Assembly: GCA_030390025.1 (NCBI GenBank)
Contig: CM059432.1
Coordinates: 141,362,001 to 141,426,000, forward strand
Direction of reading: 5' to 3'
DNA: 64,000 nt
Origin: Squalus acanthias
Lineage: Eukaryota
Shown here: positions 12,113 through 24,997 of the stretch, piece by piece
Layout: every line of letters begins with the position of its first letter
Numbering within the stretch: the first letter of the stretch is position 1
The notes under the pieces: generated by a model
The model's database searches: none
What the model was told of the DNA's origin: nothing
What the model saw: the letters and a program-made list of their open reading frames with translations, nothing else
Program-made: the position numbers and the translations under genes

Positions 12113-13192
12113 GACGAAAACCGTACACATAAATTACAGAGCAATAGTAAGCCCAGAAGATTCAGGACCTCTGTCTCCCTTTTCACAAGTATCAACGCAA
12201 AACAAAGACATCCTGGAAAAGCTAGCGGGGCTTGAGGAGGTGAGTCACAGTGCACAGGTGAGGAGGAGCAGGTGATGGTGGTGACAGCTGAAGAGCATTG
12301 CACCTGCTGCCTGGAGGGACCAGTACAGATCCTGCCTCTGATGCAGTGCCTAGGGATTTTGACCTCGCAGGGCCACATTACAAAAGGAGAGGGCTGCCTG
12401 AGCAGGATCATCTACATGTCACCCTTCAGGCAAGCAATATATCCTACAAGGCCTGGCGATGAGTATGAGGGAGACTAAACCGGATCTGAACAGTTGGAGA
12501 AGAACTAGGGTCCATAATGTAGCATATAACAATTTCTGTGGTGTCTGTATTGGATGCTATAGGCTGACAGTGATTCATACGTTTTTAAGTGGAAATAGTT
12601 CTTCTATATAAAAGGGACCATTACTCACGTGAGTCTTACATTGGAATAATTTGTTGCCGCTACATTTGCTACAAAAGCGTTTAAATCTATCTCTGTAACC
12701 TCTCACACAAGCACCAGCAGCGCAACCAGTACAATTTCTTTACCGAGGGATGGAATCAGCAGATTGTCACTTGGCACTGTGCAGCCCCAAATTAACTTGA
12801 ATGCCAATTTCATTGAAATATTTCACGGTGCAGGAACTCACTGATGCTTAAGATCAATTTAACCTCGACTCCACCTATAAGCAATCTGATCTGTCAAAGC
12901 ACTTCTCTGTTCGAGAGGCCTCCTTTCTGGTTGAATAAAAATCCAACCTGTTTCCACTTGCCTCCTTCTGAAAATTAACACAAACTTACATACATTTTAA
13001 ATTACAACAATTTACCGCATTGTGTTGAAAATGGCAGGTCTATTTTAAGGTTTCTGGCAGAAACAAGTGCGTGGCTTTGGGAATAAAATGCAAAAATTAG
13101 CCTAGAGTGCTTATTTTACTCTCAAATCCCAAGAAGGTTCAAGTGACGATAGTGTTTATTTTACAAGAACTTAATGTGGTGTGCAGTATATT

Positions 13193-13803
13193 AACAACAA
13201 CAACTTGTATTTATATAGCACTTTTAACGTAGTAAAACGTCTCAAGGCGCTTCACAGAAGCGTTAACAGACAAAATTTGACACCGAGCCACAAAGGGAGA
13301 TATTAGGGCAGATGACCAAAAGCTTGGTCTGAGAAGTAGTATCTGCGAGAAGTAATGAGCGTCTTAAAGGAGGAGAGAGAGGCAGAGAGGTTTAGGGAGG
13401 AAATTCCAGAGCTTGGGGCTCTAGGCAGCTGAAGGCACGGCCGCCAATGGTGGAGCAAAGGAAATCGGGGAGGACAAGAAGCCAGAATTGGAGGAGCACG
13501 GAGATCTCGGAGGGTTGTGGGGCTGGAGGAGGTTGCAGAGATAGGGAGGGGGGGGCGAGGACACGGAGGGATTTGAAAACAAGGATGAGAATTTTAAATT
13601 CGAGGCGTTGGTGTACCGGGAGCCAGTGTAGGTCAGCGAGCACAGGGGGTGATGGGTGAACGGGACTTGGTGCGAGTTAGGATACGGGCAGCAGAGTTTT
13701 CTCAATTTACGGAGGGTGCAAGGTGGGAGGCCAGCCAGGACAGCATTAGAATAGTCAAGTCTGGAGGTAACAAAGGCATGCATGAGAGTTTCAGCAGCAG
13801 ATA
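13193..13803 (-). mobile_element. L2-clade LINE 3' fragment
   Basis: AFVTSRLDYSNAVLAGLP and LADLHWLPVHQRLEFKIL motifs of L2 ORF2, with a (TTG)n tail. Confidence 0.87.
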
Positions 13804-13994
13804 ACAACAGATACGGTGGTTTAATGGCTGAGGGTTAGTTTTCTTTGCACCTTCTCTTATTAATTGTTGGAGTTTGATTCACTGAACTGCAGAAATGGAA
13901 AATTGCTCTATTTTTTTTTAAAAGTGGATATCCTGCTAATGCATGATTTAATTCTGAAGATGGATCTGGAAATGTTGCATCCTTCCTTTCTCTT

Positions 13995-14243
13995 TTAGGG
14001 AGGCAATTCCAGAGCTTAGGGCCCAGGCAGCTGAAGGCACGGCCGCCAATGGTGGAACAAAGGAAATCGGGAAGGACAAGAGGCCAGAATTGGAGGAGCG
14101 CGGAGATCTCGGAGGGTTGTGGGGCTGGAGGAGGTTGCAGAGATAGGGAGGGGGGCTGAGGCCACGGAGGGATTTGAAAACAAGGATGAAAACTTTAAAA
14201 TCGAGGCATTGGTGGACCGAGAGCCAATGTAGGACAGCGAGCA
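13995..14243 (-). mobile_element. Internal L2 fragment flanked by 27-bp direct repeats
   Basis: L2 ORF2 motif LHWLSVHQCLDFKVFILVFKSL. GCATGATTTAATTCTGAAGATGGATCT occurs at 13941-13967 and 14241-14267. Confidence 0.75.
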
Positions 14244-16769
14244 TGATTTAATTCTGAAGATGGATCTCTTTTCTTTCAAAGCCTCACATTCCTCTAATCT
14301 AAACTGGTCCATGTGGTGGGAGAAAGTGATCTGCGCTTAGTGAAAGTACGTTCCCTTTGCATTGGGGCAGAATAGACTCCTGAATGAGGATGTATTGATA
14401 TATTTATTAAATGCTTAACTGCATAAACCTTTGATCAAGGCACAAAGTAAACCTTTGCTGGAAAGTGTACACATGGTGTGCAAAGGCAATGATCTGATTT
14501 AGATTGTAGTCCTCAACAAAGCAAGTGGGATTCTCTTGTCTGCATGTCAATTTTGAAGAGCGCTGTTTCTTGCTGTTGTGCATATGTAAAAAGCATACAA
14601 AATTGATGGGCAGGAAAAGACCAGCTGGCTCATCAAGCCTGCCCCACACTCGTGGTGTCAGAGCATTATGTTTGACACCTCCTACATCCCAAACCGCCAA
14701 CCCCCACCGCCCGCCCAACCGCAGCCATGTAATCTCCTGGGAGAGGAAAAATACCCAGGGCCAATAAGGAAAAGAAATACTGTGGAAAATTCCTCTACGA
14801 CCCCCCCCCCCCCCACCCCCCCACCCCCACCCCAGGCATCGAAACCATTCCAGGAGATCACACTGACCATGAGCAATAAGAATGTGAGAATGAACAAAAT
14901 GGAACAGAATGAATCTACAAAATTCAATGAGTACAACTGCACCCAGAATCAAAGCTGTGAGAATAATAGGAAAGAAAGAAAAGAAAGACTTGTATTTATA
15001 TAGCGCCTTTCACCACCTCAGGATGTCCCAAAGCTCTTTACAGCCTACATGGAGATGATTACAAGAGAGAAAACCCATCAGTGGATGCACAAGACATCAC
15101 AGAACATGAAGTGGTTTCTAGCCATTGTTCATAGCCTGAAATGAGATTACTGATTTGGAATTACTCCAATGTAGACATCATTGTTTGATTATATACCAAT
15201 TCTTGGTGAGGGGATTTTACGCCATTCTTGGTCGCTTTTCGTAAGACAGCTGGGGTGTTCTGGAAATATTGATGGCTAGGACACTCCGCAAGTAATGATG
15301 TCCTCCGCGAAGGATTAGCAATTGCAGTGTTAACACTGCCAGCTTCACGGAGAAAAAAGGTGCAGTCAATTATCAGAATGGAACACATTGGAATGATTAG
15401 AGGGCATTTCAAAAGATTTCAAAACATTGAGAGCAGGTCTGAGCAGTTTATGTTCATCACCTGAAAGCCCAAATAAAGATTGCAGCCTTGACATTGCAGA
15501 GCACCCAGTTTTTTTTTTATACTATACGTACTTGCGGAGTTCACGGTCGGAGGGCAACTCTTTCTGCTGACTGAGGCAAATGCCAATGTACTCTGCATCA
15601 GTGACTAGAGAAAGTGATTAGCTAGTAGCAGCAAGTGATCTGCTAGCACTCGGCTCTGCTCCGAGTCTGGTTTGACGCTACTTCTGTTATATCTTATCTC
15701 AATTCTGATTCCAGCTAATGAATTAGGAAGTTGTCGAAAAAAAGGTGAGGGAAAATTTGCAGGACGAGCGGGGGCGGGGTGGGGGGGCGGGGGGGTGCAG
15801 GGAGACTGGGACTAATTGGTTAGCTCTTTCACAATGGGCCAAATGGCCTCCTTCTATGCTGCATGATTCTATGAAATGATATTCAACATCTGTTTTCAAT
15901 TGAGGCAGAAAATGCCGCTGCACACAGTCAATGTCGAAATTTGTGAGATTTCCACAGGATTGTGGCATTGTGCCAAAATCATTGGCCCCTAATCAAGACA
16001 GCCAACACTGCAAGATAATTGTTTGCGATGTATTTGTTGCAAGTTTGTCCTAAATATTCCAACAGATGAATTAACTTTGCTAGGGGCTGTGGTTGCGGGA
16101 ATATTACTTTTTCGAAACATGACAAGAAAGTAACAAGAAGTGACACTACCTAGAGAGCAGCAGTCTTTGTGGTGTATATAATCTCAAGACAAAAGTCTTC
16201 ACAGCTCAACGTGTTGGCTTAATGCTTTCCATTCATCCATTTCCCTTCTTTATTTGAATGGCTTTGACATCCATCAGCCACAGTGAGATTTAGTGTGTTG
16301 GTTTTACTGTGCCTAAAAATGGTCGATTTCCCTGCACCAGCAATAAACAGAAAGAACTGAGTCATGTAATAAATTCAACATTGTCGCTTGAAAAGTTATT
16401 TTAGTGTCAACCGAGCGGCAAATGGATAAAACGCACCAAAGTTGCACATTGACATATACAGCAGCATGCAAGTAGCAACGAGTAGAGATCTGGTACTTAC
16501 CCCATACATTCATTCACAAACAAAGCAGTGGGCACAGGACTCATCGCCATGAAAATAAATCAACAGGAAGAATGTACCACGTTTTTCCCCAGGTTGTATG
16601 AAAAAGCATAACCTAGGTTACGCAGATAGAACTGAGGCTTCCAAACAGATCCGTGTCATTCAGGTAAAGGCGTGACTACACAAGAAGATACATCAGAATA
16701 CTGGCAACAGTACAGGTTTTTTTTCATTAAAAAGACACATTCCATCAAAAAGCATTCGTTACACAACAA

Positions 16770-16854
16770 TAGCAAAATACCGCGGATGCTGGAAATCTGA
16801 AATAACAGAAAATGCTGGAAACCTGGCCTGCTTAGTGTTTCCAGCATTTTCTGT
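16770..16854. mobile_element. Second Penelope-type terminal fragment with 18-bp perfect inverted repeat
   Basis: ACAGAAAATGCTGGAAAC (16805-16822) and GTTTCCAGCATTTTCTGT (16837-16854), preceded by GCAAAATACCGCGGATGCTGGAAATCTGAAATAA, a recalled shark Penelope-type end. Confidence 0.55.
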
Positions 16855-17510
16855 AGTTACTGTACATAACAATATAGGTCGCACTGGCAACAACAAGATA
16901 AGCAGGAATATTTACTTTTAAGAAAACAAATTGATAGCTTGTATCTGGTCGTGTCGTGCGTATTCTTGATTCTGATCCAGTGACTGTGTGATCATTTAAA
17001 ATGTCAGTGTCATTATTCTTAAAATCATTCTTTTCTTGGCAATAAGAATATAAATGATTCCAGTAACCTGCTTTGTTAACATTTCCCCATTTTTTTTTTC
17101 TCTCCTCAAAGACTCTTGGCCTCCTAATGACCTTCTTCATCTTTAGGCCAGGTATCCATGAGATGCAAATTGGTATATAATTGGCACTTAACTTCGCTAG
17201 AAGATCTGATTCATTAGACCTGTAGCTGGACGGCTAGTTGGAGTCACAAACAGTTCCAAGATTGACAGCCTCAAGTCTAGGTTGAGTTAGCCGATCTTAA
17301 GCAGAGGGGCAACAGGGGTGCTGCAATTGGGTCGCGGGGAGGGTTGGAAAACCAGCCCGGGGTTTTTCTGGAAGCTTGTCCCTTCTGCCCAAATATATAT
17401 ATAGATAGCAGGTGAGAACAGGATCGGACTAGTCTGTGATGAGCCCCGTGGTTATATAACCTGCTGACCCACATTAACGAGGCTCACACATGAAGAATGG
17501 CCACTAGAGT

Positions 17511-17552
17511 GAGGGCAGAGGGCAGAGGGCAGAGGGCAGAGGGCAGAGGGCA
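17511..17552. repeat. (GAGGGCA)6 tandem repeat
   Basis: Directly visible. Confidence 0.9.
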
Positions 17553-18567
17553 GCTGGAGCCCAAGGGACCCCACGCCAACAAGACTGAGCACCTTCAGGA
17601 GAAAGGTGGAGACAATCGTAAGAGGAAACATATGGCGAATGTTGTTTTCTTTGGCTTGCTTTTAGTTTGAGGACACCACCATAACTTTGAACAAAAAAAA
17701 TTGCCTTGTCATTGTGACTCAACAGAAATTCTCAATTAACCAGGCAGACACACGTTAACAGACTTTCAGTTGTCAAAAGGAGAGTTGACTCCCAGTTGAT
17801 TAACCAGCATAAATTAACCATTGGAAACTGTACTAATTGATTTAGTGTGACACACACACACACACACACGACAAACCACAGATTTCGGAGGTAATGTTTC
17901 ATAGCACTTCCATCCAATCAGCTCCTCTTGCCTCTGTGCGTGCTTTATGTCTTCAACAAGCTGCACTGTGTAGTGGATCTAACCATCTTAAAGTAGCCAC
18001 AACATTTTTCTTTTAAAAGAAAGCTTTAATTAAAGGCTGTGTTACAAATAAATACAAAGAACAAACAAAAAAATGCTGAAATATGTAAAAATGTATAGAA
18101 GAACAAATGGGTTAAAAGTGTCTTACAAGAATATAGCACAATCGCTGGGCTGCGACGACATCAACTGCACCAAGAGCGAAGTTTGAGCAGTTTTGTAGAA
18201 CTCCTGAGATTATATCAAAGCTCATAACCACTTTGCCCAGTAATTATTTTCCACCTGAATCACTGCAGAGCTGAAAGCCCAAGTTAAATCATGTCACGGG
18301 ACAGGCAATCCCAGTTCCTGTGATACAGCAACATTTTTATTTTGCTGGATGATATCGGAAAATAACACAGCCAATATAATCTCTGTCTATAGACGTGTCG
18401 AAGATGTATTGAGTATCAGGTTGGTTGGTGAGAAAATGCATAAGCCTCAAACCATCAGCTGTTCTATGATATACGTGTAGAGTTTTCCGCAAGGATACGT
18501 TCTCTCCAGTGAAGGTACATCTCCTGCACCTATTCCATTTCTGGTTTCTCCCCACGCCACAGATATA

Positions 18568-18833
18568 CCCCGATTTTAACTCCAGGTGGATTCCCCGCTC
18601 AGGCCTGAGTTAAAATTACAGTCGGGTCTCAATGATGTCATCGGTCCGCAACACGCACATGTAAAGAAGGACCCCGTTGGCTCCGGGTGCGTGTCCTTGC
18701 TGCCTGCTCAGGAGAGCAGGTTAAAATTGCAGATGTTGCCATCATGGCGGCTTTCGGACAGGTAAGAGCCAGGGCGATTTTAACTGCCCAGTCGCCAGGT
18801 TTCTGCTGTGCGAGTAGGGTGAAAATCGACCCC
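18568..18833. mobile_element. Degenerate MITE with internal inverted repeats
   Basis: Repeated GATTTTAACT / GTTAAAATT / GTGAAAATCGACCCC motifs in inverted arrangement, CpG-rich relative to flanks. Confidence 0.45.
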
Positions 18834-19766
18834 TGTGTTTGGGAAAGTTAGGAGGGAGGAATGGTTTATTTCGGGCTGCTTCGGGTCAGTTGACTAGAGC
18901 TGTGTGCACACAGCTGGTAGACACTCGCCCCCATTCCAATTGTCTCTCCCTAATTCTGCTGGGAGGTATCTGACCACTGCTCACTGTAGCGTGACTGTGA
19001 TCGAAGAGCTCAGGAAGAGTGCGGGAGAAGAAATCCACGGGGTGGATTATAACGCCAGCCACTTGGTACACCCCGGACAGACGGGCAGTTAAAAATACGG
19101 AGGGAGTTAGAGCTCCCCACCCCCACAACTCACACCGTCCCCCCATATCCCAGACAGCCACCTACATCAGGCGAGTGGTGCGCTGACCTTTTGCCACCAC
19201 CATAGACATCAACTACAAAGACGACGCTTAAACCGTAATTAAGCGGACCGAGTATTTCAGCCATTGTCATTAAGTCCTAACCCTCACTACACCCCTTACA
19301 CCCTCCCATGGCCTCTTCATGTCCTGTCACAGCTACGACCCCTCCTCGCTGAGCTGCACACGTTCCGGCTCCATTTTAAACGCTGGAAAGAGGTTCATTC
19401 CTCATTGCGAAGAACGATCCAAATAATCAGGAACCGAGGCGAGACGTTGCGGCTGCGTTTCAAGACGAGAGCGATAAGTTGCTTGGCACAGGTGTGATGG
19501 GCCGAATGGCCTCCTTCTGTGCCGTATGATTCTAGAGCGCACAGCCAGCCCGTTTAAAACCGCCCTCCTACTGACACCTGACGGTTCCAGGGCTTCAAAT
19601 CACAGCAAAGGTGACAAGATTCATTGGTTGTCAGTGCAGGCTTCTGGATCACCCTCTCCATATGTTTTATCATTTATTTATGTATTTATATCATCCTTCG
19701 TTCGTTACACCGGCCACCGTGTGTGGCGGGCAAATTAATCTTCAATTCCTGGAGACTCCAGCACAA

Positions 19767-20275
19767 TCATAGAATCATAGAAGATAGGAGCAGGAGTAGG
19801 CCATTCGGCCCTTCTAGCCTGCTCCGCCATTCAATGCGATCATGGCTGATCATCCAAATTCAGTACCCTGTCCCTGCTTTCTCCCCATATCCCTTGATCC
19901 CTTTAGCCTAAGAAATATATCCAACTCCTTCTTGAATCTATTTAATGAATTGGCCTCTACTGCTTTCTGTGGCAGAGAATTCCACAGGTTCACCACTCTC
20001 TGGGTGAAGAAATTCCTCCTCATCTCTGTCCTAAATGGCTTACCCCTTATCCTTAGACTGTGACCCCTGGTTCTGGACTCCCCGACCATCGGGAACATCC
20101 TTCCTGCATCTAGTTTATCCTGTCCTGTCAGAATTTTATAAGTCTCGATGAGATCCCCTCTCATTCTTCTAAACTCCAGCGAGTATAAGCCCAATCGACC
20201 CAATCTCTCTTCATACGTCATTCCTGCCATCCCAGGTATCAGCCTTGTGAATCTTCGCTGAACTCCTTCCATGGC
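19767..20275 (-). mobile_element. Young CR1 LINE 3' fragment with intact ORF2 C-terminus
   Basis: Uninterrupted 140-aa ORF 19850-20272 (VQRRFTRLIPGM…LEFRRMRGDLIETYKIL…WNSLPQKAVEA), CpGs retained, (ATTCTATG)n tail. Confidence 0.92.
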
Positions 20276-21792
20276 AATCCTGGAGGGGAGGTAGCCCCAG
20301 TTGTACTATTATGTCTGGGTCGATAAAGTGCCTACCTCTCCCCTTTGGAAGGAAGACTCCGTGTACCACCATGCTACACAAATTCTTTTTCCGTCAATTT
20401 AAAAGAGCTTCCCTTCTTTGGTTCCACAACGGCGGCAGTTTTAGTATCACGGTGATGCAAGTGAATATACGAGTTACAAGACTTTATAGCAGAACTGATA
20501 AATTACAATGACTTTGGAAGTGTAAACTTACTGGAAAAGTCTGCCACACAATCCGACCCATTTGTGTTTTACAAAAGATTATGCGCGCTGTATACATCGC
20601 AAAGGCAATAGTGGGGTGTTCAATACGAATTGCAGATTGCGCAATTCGTCTAATATTTCGTATAATATATGCAAGATATTTCTCTTGCCTCCAGCTGTGA
20701 AAGAAATGTCTGTCCCTCGCATGAGGAGACTCGATGGGTGAGGAGGCCATGAGTAATGGCAATGATACAAGTCTCAAAACACAAAATGGCCTCCCTCACT
20801 GGAGCTGCCACCTTACAGGAAACTAATTTGGAAATGCCATAGGGGGGGGGGGCGGGGAATCCAACCAGCCAGAGAATAAACTGGCCTAAAGTACAGTGAA
20901 TCCTGTAAATTACAGACACCTTTAGGGGCTGGCAACAGCTGTCCTTGTTTTTTTGACGGTGCCCTTATTTTCAAAATGGTCATTTGTATGTACTGCGCAA
21001 ATTCTCAGTAGAATGAGGAGTTCTTTACCCAGCATCCATAGCAGCAGAGAACCCCCACCCCCCGCCCCCGTCCCCCATGCCCCTGGGACAGAGCCGTGCC
21101 AGCATTCAATCCCATGAGATAGAGTGGTTTCTCTGCCGCTGTGCCTGCTGGGTAAAATGCTCCCCCATTCCCCAAGAGCCGTTTCTTTCACGAAACCCCG
21201 CTGCCACCTCGCTCTGACCCTCAGGGGAATTCAGGGGGGGGAGGCCAAAAAGGAAGTGAGCTGCGAGGAAGGGGGGGAAGCGCCAGTGCTCCAGGTTCAG
21301 CGATAGTTCAGATAGAGCTGCTTTGCAACAGGCTGCGCGCCGGTGTTTTTAAATTGCAAAAGGTACTTGGTGCATTGAAGGCTGGCCAAAGTTCGGAATT
21401 TGCGAGTGGCCGTGGTTTCAGAGTGCCTCGTGCATATCTTTACCGTGCATGTTATTCAGGTCTCTCAATCAGTGTCTGTTATTCACAGGCATCTCTTTTC
21501 TGGGAGTGTCCATTTCTGCCGGTTTCACTGTACTGGTTTTATATATGTATATCTGTGCATCAAACACACTGAATGAACGCAGCATGTTGAGGGCGTCTCC
21601 TGTGTCTCGCTATTATTCGTGTTGTGATTGTGTATTTACTGTTCTGACTGCAGGAAGGATTTGGGGTTTTTCTTGTCTGTTCATTTGTTGTGTATCAGGA
21701 AAAAAAAAAGCTCAACACTTTTTGGTTTAAATTGAGAAAAAGAGTTCCCCGATAAGTGTTTCATTTAAATTCAAGGCCGCGAGGAAGCGTAC

Positions 21793-21891
21793 CTTCATCA
21801 GTTGCTTTATCCCTGCCGCGGGCGTCCGATTCCTTTTTGTGTTTTGGTGTATGAGGTGAGCCTGGTCTGCCTCTGCTTCGCGACGCCTTCA
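21793..21891 (-). CDS. COL14A1: COL14A1 coding exon, basic linker between FN3-1 and vWA1 (MKASRSRGRPGSPHTPKHKKESDARGRDKATDE)
   Basis: 99 nt, strong acceptor gttgtttttttctactgtgcag, donor GAAG|gtacgc, phase 1-1, open in the required frame. Lys/Arg-rich like the human linker at this position, but residue identity is low. Absent from the ORF track. Confidence 0.82.
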
Positions 21892-21932
21892 CTGCACAGT
21901 AGAAAAAAACAACATAATTTTAGCAACTTATC

Positions 21933-22814
21933 AATCACACAGCACAGGAGGAGGCCATTCGGCCCATCGTGCCTGTGCCGGCTCTTTGAAAGAGCTGTTC
22001 CAATTAGTCCTACTCCCCCCCTGCTCTTTCCCCAGAGCCCTGCAAATGTTTCCTTTGCAAGTATTTATCCAATTCCCCTTTTGAAAGTTACTATTGAATC
22101 TGCTTCCACCGCCCTTTCAGGCAGCGCGTTCCAGATCGTAACAACTCGCTGCGTTAAAAAAAAAAATAATTCTCCTCCCCTCCCCTCTGGCTCATTTACT
22201 CTTTTGCCAATTATCTTAAATCTGTATCATCTGGTTACTGACCCACCTGCCAGTGGAAATAGTTTCTTACTATCTACCCTATCAAAACCCGTCATAAGTT
22301 TGAACACCTATATTAAATCTTCTCTGCTCCAAGGAAAACAATCCCAGCTTCTCTGGTCTCTTCACATAACTGAAGTCCCTCATCCCTGGTACCATTCTAG
22401 TAAATCTCCTCCGCACCCTCTCCAAGGCCATGACATCCTTCCTAAAGTGTGGCGCCCAGAGTTGGACACAATACTCCAGCTGGGGCCTAACCAGTGTTTT
22501 ATAAAAAGGTTTAGCAAAACTTCCTTGCTTTTGTACTCTATGGGCTGGATTTTGTCTTGGGGTCGGGTCATCCGCATTTTGTGTTCCCCCCCCCGACTCT
22601 AGATTAATGTGGATGAATGATGCAATTTTCACTTAATTGGGCAATTGAGTTCCAGCATGTGGGAACCCATGAACTAATTAGTGGTTTCAGTCTGAAAGTT
22701 GCCTCTGATGATGTCATCGTTGCTGCTGCCTGGTCTCAGAGACTGACTGGATGTTGGTGAGAGAGGACCTGCCTGGCTTTTGCTGTGAGTGGGCCTGGAT
22801 GCGAGCGAGCGAGC

Positions 22815-22855
<41 letters not shown>

Positions 22856-23405
22856 AGCGAGCGCGAGAGCGAGAGCGAGAGAGTTTTTTCCATCCAAGTC
22901 CTCTCACAGCAAAGGCCATACAGTCTCTGAAGACATTCAATGCAGCAGCATCAGAGGCAACTTTCAGAACTAATACTACCTTCATCACATCTCCGTTGTA
23001 ATAGTCGACCTGCAGCTGATAGTCAGCTATCCACTTGTGCTCCCGCCAGGTTTCACTGGAGTGTTTCACATCAGGCGTGCTTCACGTCAGAAAAGGGTTA
23101 AACTAGCTAAAACGCTTCAAAATGGCATTACAGAGCCAATTTAGGGCTTGTTAAGGGCTTTAATGGCCTCTCCCACCTCTTGGAGGCGGGACGGAGTCGG
23201 GAACGCCGCGACTGATTTTGTCAAAATTGCGTGGAGGCGGGATGGAGTCGGGATGGGGTCGGGACCCTCGACCCCGCAAATTTAACCCCCCACACGCCTC
23301 CAAATCCGACTCCATGGGTCATTGAAAATCCAGCCCTATGCCTCTAGTAACAAAGCCCAAGATCCCGTTTGCTTCCTTTAACAGTCTTGCCCTGCCACCT
23401 TCAAC
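21933..23405 (-). mobile_element. CR1 LINE fragment split by the Harbinger-like element
   Basis: YKTLVRPQLEYCVQLWAPHFRKDV…; segments 21933-22541 and 23337-23405. Confidence 0.85.
22542..23336. mobile_element. Non-autonomous DNA transposon, PIF/Harbinger-like, 795 bp, nested in a CR1
   Basis: Perfect 12-bp TIRs GGGCTGGATTTT (22542-22553) and AAAATCCAGCCC (23325-23336), 3-bp TSD TAT on both sides. The host CR1 resumes in register (ttgtactctat|gcctct). Internal (GA)n/(GAGC)n tract at ~22801-22882. Confidence 0.88.
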
Positions 23406-23859
23406 GAGCCTGATCAACAAGTACAAATGTTACCACACCACAAACACTTTCTGGCAACCAGACTGAAATTTATTTTTAATTTCTATCAAGTAGCATGGTT
23501 TAGATAAAAGCCGCCAAAATCCTTGCTCGCCGCTTGCACTGGGCCTCTACAGATGTTGATTGTGGACACACTAGCGTAAACGTTGGGAGTACACGCTGGT
23601 GGTGAGAAGCCTCGCCTGCCTCCGCCACATGCCAGGAAACTGCGGGCACACTGACCCGCAATTCTCCGCCCATCCTAATCAATGGGCAGGACACAGCAGG
23701 AAACGCAGCCGAGATTTTATGATATGCACTGTCGCTGGGTACGTTTCCTTGTCAATAAAAATTGCCCTCATTTGGCAAGCAATTTTTAATTCAGTTGCAA
23801 TAAAGAAAAGACCTTTCCTGCAACTTCCCATTAACAACATTGGTGAGGACGTCCCAAGG

Positions 23860-24080
23860 CGCTTTACAGCCAAAGAATTACTTTTGAAGTGTAGTCACTG
23901 TTGTAATGTAGGAAATGCGGCAGTCAATTTGCGCACAGCAAGCTCCCACAAACAGCAATGAGATATTGACCAGTACTGCACTGGGAGTGTCAGCCTAGAT
24001 TATGTGCTCAGGTCTCTGGAGTGAAACTTAAACGCACAACCTTCTGACTCAGAAGTGAAAGTGCTACCCACAGAGCCACC
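23860..24080 (-). mobile_element. Deu-SINE, internally deleted
   Basis: Tail and head segments of the same family joined at ~23972, central domain missing. Confidence 0.65.
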
Positions 24081-24440
24081 TTTTTTTTATTCATTCATGG
24101 GATGTGGACATCGTTGGCAAGGCCAGCATTTATTGCCCATCCCTAATTGCCCTTGAGAAGGTGGTGGTGAGCCGCCTTCTTCAACCGCTGCAATCTGTGT
24201 GGTGAAGATACTCCCATAGTGCTGTTAGGGAGGGAGTTCCAGGATTTTGACTCAGCGACGATAAAGGAACGGAGATATATTTCCAAATCAGGATGGTGTG
24301 TGACTTGGAGGGGAACTTGGAGGTGGTAGTGTTCCCGTGCGCCTGCTGCCCTTGTCCTTCTAGGCGGTAGAGGTCGTGGGTTTGGGAGATGCTGCCGAAG
24401 AAGCCTTGGCGAGTTGCTGCAGTGCATCTTGTAGATGGTA
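24081..24440 (-). mobile_element. LINE 3' end (CR1/L2 group, family with …AAHHHLLKGN terminus)
   Basis: SKSWNSLPNS…KKAAHHHLLKGN* plus poly(A); reverse-complement copy of 31765-32165. Confidence 0.75.
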
Positions 24441-24997
24441 TACATCTAACACTCAGATTTGGTACAAGTGTGTTAAGCACTCATATAACATTGCTAATTG
24501 TCTCCCTGCCCAGTCTAGTTCACAGATTCACCATCCCTCTGTGTGATGTAGTTAAATCTGAAATGTTCACCTTCCCTCTCGTGAGCTTGAGTCTGTGCCC
24601 CCTGGCTACGGAAGTTGTGGTGATGTCAAACAATTTAATATCTAACCAGTATGCTGTTTGCCGCTTCCGCTTGTTCGGGTTGCTAGCTTACTATTTGGTA
24701 GGTGAAGCTAGTTTCCTCACTTTGTTTTATTTTATTGCCATGATTATCTATTTTGTGTCTAGGAACTGTTTTCAAACTTTCACACAAAATCTCTTTCCCA
24801 CAGGGACATTCACCAGAAAGTGTTGGCAGCAGATGGCTGGAGACTTATTGATGGAAAGTGCCTTGTTTGATAAGGGATTGTTTGTGAAATTATAACAAAA
24901 AAATCCCCAGAGAAAACAGTTCACCACTTGGTGGGACTTCCAGTAACTGTGGAAACTAAAGGTATCTGTGTAAAGATAACAAAAGTTATCGTCAAAG

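Noticed and set aside
12842..12967. 126-nt segment with a good acceptor (ttttcag) and donor (gtgagt) on the minus strand
   Set aside because: It has an in-frame TGA in the COL14A1 frame and no vWA similarity; at most a cryptic or poison exon.
16832..17140. Lys/Arg-rich ORF considered as the linker exon
   Set aside because: Poor splice sites and includes a poly(A) run; 21793-21891 fits much better.
1..21792. Expected vWA1 exon (…ADIVILVDGSWSIG…)
   Set aside because: No such coding sequence was found by eye or in the ORF track; presumed to lie beyond the left edge of the window.
21802..22602. 266-aa plus-strand ORF (and the 208-aa ORF at 7476-8102)
   Set aside because: Chance read-through of antisense or adjacent CR1 fragments; the first also overlaps the true exon on the opposite strand.
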